Origin: Meiothermus sp.
Lineage (GTDB): Bacteria > Deinococcota > Deinococci > Deinococcales > Thermaceae
Assembly (NCBI GenBank): GCA_033762915.1
Contig: JANRLD010000092.1
Coordinates: 1-24,233, forward strand
Reading direction: 5' to 3'
DNA length: 24,233 bases
Shown here: piece by piece, positions 18,960-24,233 of the stretch
Layout of the letters: each line of letters opens with the position of its first letter
Position numbering within the stretch: the first letter of the stretch is position 1
Program-made: the position numbers and the translations under genes
The notes under the pieces: generated by a model
Told to the model about the DNA's origin: nothing
The model's input: the letters and a program-made list of their open reading frames with translations, nothing else
Databases searched by the model: none

Positions 18960-18996
18960 TGGTGGGCTGTATAGGAATCGAACCTATAACCTAGCG
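18960..18996 (-). other. tRNA 3' fragment = att site (tRNA-Lys-like, identity uncertain)
   Basis: Minus strand (CGCT)AGGTT-ATAGG-TTCGATT-CCTAT-ACAGCCC-A-CCA gives an intact T arm, acceptor 3' strand and CCA. There is no matching GGGCTGT 5' strand, D arm or anticodon loop upstream. Confidence 0.85.
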
Positions 18997-19082
18997 GGGT
19001 ATCCCTACCGTACGGCAGCGTCAGTGAGCGTCTTGGAATGCTGTCCAGTACGAATAAACAGGGCTTGAGGTGTGAGCCGCTG

Positions 19083-20414
19083 TTAGCTAGTTTTAGGGGC
19101 TGTTGTCGGTATCTGGTCGGTAGTCTTTTTGGCCGCTTTGTTGGCACGATAGCGGCGGGTTTGGTAGCGCCGTTTACAAGGATTTGAGCAATAGCCCTCC
19201 CTCGAAACGAACGGCTGGCCGCACGGGCACACCTTCCCCAATGCGTCTGCATACAACAGGGAAAGCTCACGGTATGCCCACAGGTGGGGCGGGCAAACCG
19301 CCTCGAGGCCGCCGTCCAGTGTGCTTATCTCTATCCTGCAACGCTTGTCAAAGACCCAATTTGTCTCGAGCATTCGGCTGATCTCGAACCGCAAACGAGC
19401 CAAGGGGCTCCGGAACAGTCTTCTTTCCTTTTTGTCCCCCGTGTTTTGACCCTCGCCACCCCCGTTGATCTGCCCAACCTTCTCGGGTTGTAGCGTTTCG
19501 GCTTGCCTTTGCTTATGGCCCTCGCTATCCGCACTGTTCTGCCGGGCCTCCTTGGCCAAGACAGCCTTTACGTCGCGTGCCAGCTTTTCAATGACTATTT
19601 GTTCTGTGGGATCAAACTCTACGAACTGCCAGCTTTCGCCCCTCTTAGGCTCACTTCTGCTATCCTCGAACCACTGCCTATATCCTGAGTACCACTTCCC
19701 TGCCGCAATTTCATCTAGGTGTTCAAGGTGTGAGGGCGACTTTAATTCCTCAACGAAGTTGAGCCAGGTAAGTAGTTGCACCCACTTGGTCAGCCGCTGG
19801 GCCTGTATGACCCACAAGTTGAGGTGATCGCCTGCCCACTGCCATTTTCCTTCGACGCCAAACTCGAACTTGAAGTAGTCCCCCGTAGGGTTTAGTAGCC
19901 CCACTCTTTCAGCGGCCTCAAGAATACGTTGCCGCAGTGCGCCACTGTACTCGCCACCTGGCGCAGGTTTGGACAAAGACCAGATACCAACAAACTCTTG
20001 CAGCACAGAACCCTCGAACGCCTTAGCTGGGAAGTAGTAAGGGTGCAGCCGTGCCAGCCTTGGGTACAAGAAGTCCGAGTCTTCGGGGGTAGGGCTTACC
20101 GCCTTGGTGTCTACATCTGTCCATTCGGCTTTCTTCCTATCGTCCAATATCCAAATAGGCTCGTCTTGCACCGGGTTTGGAAGCGTATAAGCCTCCCCCA
20201 CGTTCTCAGTATCTCTTGGGGGAAACGGGCGGGGGCCAAGAGTTTCACCAGTTTTGAACTTATCACTGGCGTATCCCCGCGACCAGTCCCAAGGGTCAAT
20301 GTCTTCTGCGGAGTATGCCCACTTGACTACCACCGGTGTGGGCTTGAAGCGTAACTGAACCATGTAAGGAGGAAGAGGGCTGGGCTTGTAGTAGGCTTTG
20401 TAGTACCCATTCAC
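19083..20414 (-). CDS. Hypothetical 443-aa protein with C-terminal CGNR-like zinc finger; putative element regulator
   Basis: Long ORF in lower-GC DNA ending KVCPCGQPFVSREGYCSNPCKRRYQTRRYR; TATACT six bases before GTG 20414 supports a leaderless start. Confidence 0.7.
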   Translation of the reverse strand: MNGYYKAYYKPSPLPPYMVQLRFKPTPVVVKWAYSAEDIDPWDWSRGYASDKFKTGETLGPRPFPPRDTENVGEAYTLPNPVQDEPIWILDDRKKAEWTDVDTKAVSPTPEDSDFLYPRLARLHPYYFPAKAFEGSVLQEFVGIWSLSKPAPGGEYSGALRQRILEAAERVGLLNPTGDYFKFEFGVEGKWQWAGDHLNLWVIQAQRLTKWVQLLTWLNFVEELKSPSHLEHLDEIAAGKWYSGYRQWFEDSRSEPKRGESWQFVEFDPTEQIVIEKLARDVKAVLAKEARQNSADSEGHKQRQAETLQPEKVGQINGGGEGQNTGDKKERRLFRSPLARLRFEISRMLETNWVFDKRCRIEISTLDGGLEAVCPPHLWAYRELSLLYADALGKVCPCGQPFVSREGYCSNPCKRRYQTRRYRANKAAKKTTDQIPTTAPKTS

Positions 20415-20433
20415 TACGTAAGTATACTACAAA
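20386..20433. promoter_or_regulatory. Divergent promoter/operator region of the element
   Basis: Palindromic AGTATACT (20421-20428) gives TATACT on both strands; TTGTAGTA at 20386-20393 and 20398-20405, inverted copy TACTACAA at 20425-20432. Confidence 0.55.
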
Positions 20434-20464
20434 AGTCTTTATGCTGGCGCACGGAGGCAACGAA

Positions 20465-20647
20465 ATGAATAACAAAAGCAGCCCGTTTGTCAGTATCCGA
20501 GAAGCCAGTAAGCAGGTTGGGCGCGAATACCAGACCGTCAAGTTTTGGGTCGAACAGGGCATTTTGCCCAGCGTCCCGACACCTGCAGGGTGGCGGTTGA
20601 TCCCCAAGGCCGCCCTCGAGCGGTTCATCAATGGCGACCTTGACTAG
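20465..20647 (+). CDS. Excisionase-like HTH protein (HTH_17/MerR-like)
   Basis: 60 aa, VSIREASKQVGREYQTVKFWVEQGILPSV...GWRLIPKAALERFI; GGAGG SD at 20453-20457. Confidence 0.85.
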   Translation: MNNKSSPFVSIREASKQVGREYQTVKFWVEQGILPSVPTPAGWRLIPKAALERFINGDLD

Positions 20648-20693
20648 AGCAACAACCCCAGCGGGGGCGCTGGGGTATAAGGTGGTGCATTTT

Positions 20694-20825
20694 ATGCGTC
20701 CTGTACAACTTATTTTACCCTACTTGTGGCAAGTTATCAACGACCCGAAGACCCCAACGAAGCGGCGCGAGGCCGCGCTGAAACTGCTCGAGGACAACGC
20801 CAAAAAGCTGGGGGCCAAGGCATGA
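20694..20825 (+). CDS. Small hypothetical protein (43 aa; start could be further upstream)
   Basis: AAGGTGG SD-like sequence before ATG 20694; its stop overlaps the prim-pol start (ATGA). Confidence 0.5.
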   Translation: MRPVQLILPYLWQVINDPKTPTKRREAALKLLEDNAKKLGAKA

Positions 20826-21700
20826 ACGACACCCTCACCGCCGCCCTCGAGTACGCCCGCCTGGGCTACCTGGTGCTGCCCCTGATCGGCAAACAGCCCG
20901 CCTCGAACCTAGTCCCCCACGGCAAGAACGACGCTACATCGGACTACGCCTTTGTCCGCCGCTGGTTTGGGGCGGGCTGCCACAACCTGGGTGTGTTGCC
21001 GCCCGCCCAGGTGCTCGTTCTGGACTTTGACGATCCCGAGGAGCTGCCCCCCACCCTGGCCCGGCATCCCGAACTCGAGGCCGCCCCCATCGCCATAACA
21101 GGCGGGGGCGGCTACCACATCTGGCTCAGGCTGCCCGAAGGCGTGAGCCTCACCGCCAAGGTGCGGGCGCTGCCCAACACTGACTCGAGGGGCATGAACA
21201 GGACGTATCTGGTTGCGCCGCCGTCCGTTCACCCCGTGACCGGCTGGCCCTACCGCTGGGTTAACCCGCTGGTGGCTCCCGACGACTTGCCGCCGATCCC
21301 CCCTGAGCTGCTACAGCGCCTATTGCCGACCTCTGAGCCCGCAATGGCATACAAACCCACCCAACCCGCTACGGCCTCTCAGAAGCGCCTCGAGGGGCTC
21401 TTGGGCTGGGTCTGCGCCAAGGTGGTACAAGCCCCCGTAGGGACGCGCCACGCCACGCTTTTGGCACATGCGCGACTTGTCGGCGGCTGGCTGCACCACG
21501 GGTTTAACCAGACCGAGGTACATGAGCAACTTACCGCCGCTGGTATTGCCGCAGGGCTACCCCGCTATGAGGCCGAGAAGACCGCTCGAGACGGCATTGC
21601 CTACGGTCAGCAGACGCCCCTTCGCCTGCCCGACGACCTGCCGCCCAGCAAGCCCAAGAGCCGCTCGAGCCGACTTGTAGCACGGTGGGGGTCTGTATGA
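20822..21700 (+). CDS. Bifunctional DNA primase/polymerase (Prim-Pol, AEP superfamily) with PriCT-like C-terminus
   Basis: AALEYARLGYLVLPL, NLGV, VLVLDFDD, TGGGGYHIW, YLVAPPSVH, GTRHATLL; true start ATG 20822. Confidence 0.92.
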   Translation: MNDTLTAALEYARLGYLVLPLIGKQPASNLVPHGKNDATSDYAFVRRWFGAGCHNLGVLPPAQVLVLDFDDPEELPPTLARHPELEAAPIAITGGGGYHIWLRLPEGVSLTAKVRALPNTDSRGMNRTYLVAPPSVHPVTGWPYRWVNPLVAPDDLPPIPPELLQRLLPTSEPAMAYKPTQPATASQKRLEGLLGWVCAKVVQAPVGTRHATLLAHARLVGGWLHHGFNQTEVHEQLTAAGIAAGLPRYEAEKTARDGIAYGQQTPLRLPDDLPPSKPKSRSSRLVARWGSV

Positions 21701-23610
21701 CCCTCACCGAGGCACTTAGTGCCGCGAACAAGGCCACTAAAGAGACCATTGGGGCGGTGCAGAATGAGCTATACCCCCAACTACTTGACCTGGGCGAAGC
21801 CGAACTCGAGCAGGTCTTCAAAGCCCTGAAAGCCTCAACAGAAACGCCCCTCAAGGCGCTTCGGCGGGATTGGCAGAGCTACCTGCAAGCTAACAACCTG
21901 GCCCCCGAAGGCCCGTCCAACGGCGAGTCGGCGGGTGACGTCTTGGTGCGGCTGGCCCTCGAGTCGGGCCTTGAACTCTGGCACGACCTGGAGCGCAACG
22001 CCTGGGCAACCGTCAAGGTGGGCGACCACCAGGAACACCACCAACTGAGGAGTAAAAACGCAAGGCGGTTTCTGGCCGGACTCTACCTTGAAAAACAGAA
22101 CCGCGCTGCCCCCTCGCAGGCGCTCAACGACGCACTCAATGCCCTCGAGGCCCAAGCCGTGTTCAGGGGCGAGATGTACCCGACGTTTGTGCGCTTGGCA
22201 ACCTACGAGGGCCGACAGTACCTCGACCTCGGCAATGAGCAGTGGGAGGCCGTCGAGATAACCTCGAGCGGCTGGTCAGTCAAACCCAGTAACCACCTAC
22301 CTGTCCGCTTTCGCCGCCCCGCAGGTTTGACCCCATTGCCGACACCTACCGGGGGCGGCAAACTCGATGAACTTGCGCCGCTGTTGAACCTCAAGACCGA
22401 CAGCGACCAGTGGCGGTTGTTGGTGGCGTGGCTGCTGGGGACGCTCCAGCCGCAGGGCAGACCCTACCCAGTATTGGTCTTGACGGGTGAACAAGGCAGC
22501 GGCAAGAGCACCACGGCGCGAATGCTCAAAAACCTGATTGACCCCAACGTGTCAGCACTGCGGGTTCTGCCCAGAGACGAGCGAGACTTGCTGATTATGG
22601 CGGTCAACGGTCATGTACTTGCCTTTGACAACTTGTCGGGCCTGTCCCCCGCCATCTCCGATTCGCTGTGCAGGCTGTCCACAGGCGGGGGGTTCAGCGT
22701 CCGCCAGCTCTACAGCGACAGCGAGGAAACCTTGCTCGACGCAATGCGGCCCGTCATTCTCAATGGCATTGACGACTTCGTGAAGCGGCAAGACCTTGTG
22801 AGCCGCGCAGTGCTGGTCAACCTCCCCGCTATCCCAGAGGCCAACCGCAAAACCGAGGCCGAGCTATGGGCTGCTTTTGAGGCCATGCGCCCCCGATTGT
22901 TGGGGGCGCTGATGGACGCGGCAGTAGCAGCGCTGGCAAACCAGGCCACTGTCAACCTGCCCAACAAGCCCCGGCTGGCCGACTTCGCGGTGTGGGTGAC
23001 GGCAGCTGAACTCAAGCTGGGTTGGAAAGCGGGCAAGTTCATGGAGGTTTTTGACCTCGCCCAAAAGACCTTGGTCAGCAACGCGCTCGAGGCCGAACCC
23101 GTGGCGGCCCCGCTGATGAAGATAGCTGAGGTTCATACTAAGTGGGAGGGCAACTCGACCGAACTACTGGAACTGCTGGGGCAGACGGCTAACCTCGGTG
23201 AGGGCAAACGACCCCCCGAGGGCTGGCCCAAGACCCCCGAGAAGCTGGCCGGGATACTCTCGCGTCTCACCCCCGCTTTGCGCTCAGTAGGGGTGTCAGT
23301 GGAGCGGCTACCCCGAACCAAGAGCGAGCGGCCCTGGTGCATTTGCAACATGGGTACGCAACCGTCACCGCCGTCACCCACTCCCAACGTACCCCAAGAA
23401 AAACCCGACCCTCACGCGAAAACAGAGGGTGACAGTATGGGTGACAGTATCGCCCCAACGGGTGACGGTATAGGGGCAACCGTCACCCAACCGTCACCAC
23501 AACCGTCACCCGATAAACAGCGTCCCTCACGCCTTGGTGACGGTGGTGACGGTGGTGACGGTTTCATACTTGCGCTGCAAATGGAGGTGATAGCCCATGA
23601 CCTGGGCTGA
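21697..23610 (+). CDS. P-loop ATPase, SF3 helicase-like replication protein
   Basis: Walker A GEQGSGKST, Walker B VLAFDN, sensor-like VILNG; ATGA overlap with the prim-pol stop. Confidence 0.82.
   Translation: MTLTEALSAANKATKETIGAVQNELYPQLLDLGEAELEQVFKALKASTETPLKALRRDWQSYLQANNLAPEGPSNGESAGDVLVRLALESGLELWHDLERNAWATVKVGDHQEHHQLRSKNARRFLAGLYLEKQNRAAPSQALNDALNALEAQAVFRGEMYPTFVRLATYEGRQYLDLGNEQWEAVEITSSGWSVKPSNHLPVRFRRPAGLTPLPTPTGGGKLDELAPLLNLKTDSDQWRLLVAWLLGTLQPQGRPYPVLVLTGEQGSGKSTTARMLKNLIDPNVSALRVLPRDERDLLIMAVNGHVLAFDNLSGLSPAISDSLCRLSTGGGFSVRQLYSDSEETLLDAMRPVILNGIDDFVKRQDLVSRAVLVNLPAIPEANRKTEAELWAAFEAMRPRLLGALMDAAVAALANQATVNLPNKPRLADFAVWVTAAELKLGWKAGKFMEVFDLAQKTLVSNALEAEPVAAPLMKIAEVHTKWEGNSTELLELLGQTANLGEGKRPPEGWPKTPEKLAGILSRLTPALRSVGVSVERLPRTKSERPWCICNMGTQPSPPSPTPNVPQEKPDPHAKTEGDSMGDSIAPTGDGIGATVTQPSPQPSPDKQRPSRLGDGGDGGDGFILALQMEVIAHDLG
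23362..23561. repeat. Iteron-like CCGTCACC/GGTGACGG cluster (putative replication origin)
   Basis: Forward at 23362 and 23371; reverse at 23428 and 23440 (GGTGACAG variants) and 23461; forward at 23480, 23491, 23503; reverse at 23536, 23545, 23554. Confidence 0.8.
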
Positions 23611-23947
23611 TCTGCCCCGCCCTTGGGTGCCGGTGTGGGAATATGCCGAGCAAGTCCTTGTGGTTTACAACGACAAAGCTGCTCATGCCCTCCGCATCAC
23701 CGTTGACGGTGCGGAGGTCTATCCCCGCCTTCTAATTCCAAGCAAAGCCAACCTCGAGTCCGAGGCCCGGCTGTGGCCCCACCTGACCGTCACCCAGACC
23801 GAGCTTTACCGAGCCGCCATCGAAAGGCTGGCAGTACAGCACCCCATCCCCCGCGAGGTGGTGGTCAGCCTGGTGTGGGGCGGGATAGGTGGGGTCAAGG
23901 TCAAGCCCGCATACACCTTTCGCAACGCCAACGAGAGGGCGGCATGA
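23597..23947 (+). CDS. Hypothetical protein of the element
   Basis: 116-aa ORF with a GGAGG SD inside the ATPase 3' end, same strand as the operon. Confidence 0.7.
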   Translation: MTWADLPRPWVPVWEYAEQVLVVYNDKAAHALRITVDGAEVYPRLLIPSKANLESEARLWPHLTVTQTELYRAAIERLAVQHPIPREVVVSLVWGGIGGVKVKPAYTFRNANERAA

Positions 23948-24233
23948 GCCGAACCCCACCCAATACCCATACCCACACGCTGATCCCTGGCGAAAGAGAG
24001 AACACGATGACCAACGAACAGTTGACCGCCAAACTCTCCACCCTTGAAGCCCTGACCCTGACCGCCGTGAGCCACCCCCTTGCTGATGAAGAACTCCGGC
24101 TTGCCTCCCTGAGCTGCCTGACCTACTTCAAGGGCTTTGTGGCGGCTACCCTGCGCCTTGACTCGAGCCACTACAACGCAATAGCGGGGAATGACCTCGA
24201 AGCGCCGATAGAACACCTGTCCGGCTGGCTCCA
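23944..24233 (+). CDS. Hypothetical protein, 3'-truncated (start 23944 or in-frame ATG 24007)
   Basis: ATGA overlap with the upstream stop; frame open to the window end (MTNEQLTAKLSTLEALTLTAVSHPLADEELRLASL...). Absent from the supplied ORF track. Confidence 0.6.
   Translation, partial: MSRTPPNTHTHTLIPGERENTMTNEQLTAKLSTLEALTLTAVSHPLADEELRLASLSCLTYFKGFVAATLRLDSSHYNAIAGNDLEAPIEHLSGWL

Larger units (their letters stand above)
18960..24233. mobile_element. tRNA-integrated satellite/PICI-like integrative element, left part only
   Basis: Bounded by a displaced tRNA 3' end; drop in GC; carries xis-like HTH, prim-pol, P-loop ATPase and iterons; genes coupled by ATGA overlaps. No integrase lies within the window. 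Confidence 0.85.

Noticed and set aside
18960..19035. Complete tRNA gene
   Set aside because: The 5' acceptor strand, D arm and anticodon loop are missing; it is only the att-site fragment.
23362..23561. CRISPR array
   Set aside because: The repeats are 8 bp, occur in both orientations, lack regular unique spacers and lie inside a coding sequence; no cas genes.

Overview
GC-rich bacterial chromosome segment, most likely Deinococcus-Thermus (Thermaceae, Meiothermus/Calidithermus-like). This is inferred from protein style, many leaderless -10/start arrangements and a strong CTCGAG excess. Bases 1-18.9 kb are core genome: partial LptA/OstA-like gene, accA-accD, obg, rpmA-rplU, rpmI-rplT, a lipoprotein, acyl-CoA dehydrogenase, a small pyrophosphatase, a GNAT gene broken by one in-frame TAG, mgtE, NUDIX, ribF, a stand-alone DUF692 (MNIO) enzyme, patatin, DUF2071, DUF393 and an orphan form II CoxL-like molybdoenzyme subunit. 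At 18960-18996 a displaced tRNA 3' end marks the attachment site of an integrated satellite/PICI-like element that runs off the right edge. The element carries a CGNR-like Zn-finger protein divergent from xis, a prim-pol, and an SF3-like ATPase with an iteron cluster in its 3' end. The most interesting candidates are the switch-like mgtE leader with an SD-led 20-codon uORF, the element's compact divergent control region and origin, the orphan MNIO, and a small MITE/REP-like repeat family. All family assignments come from motif recognition by eye; no database search was run.
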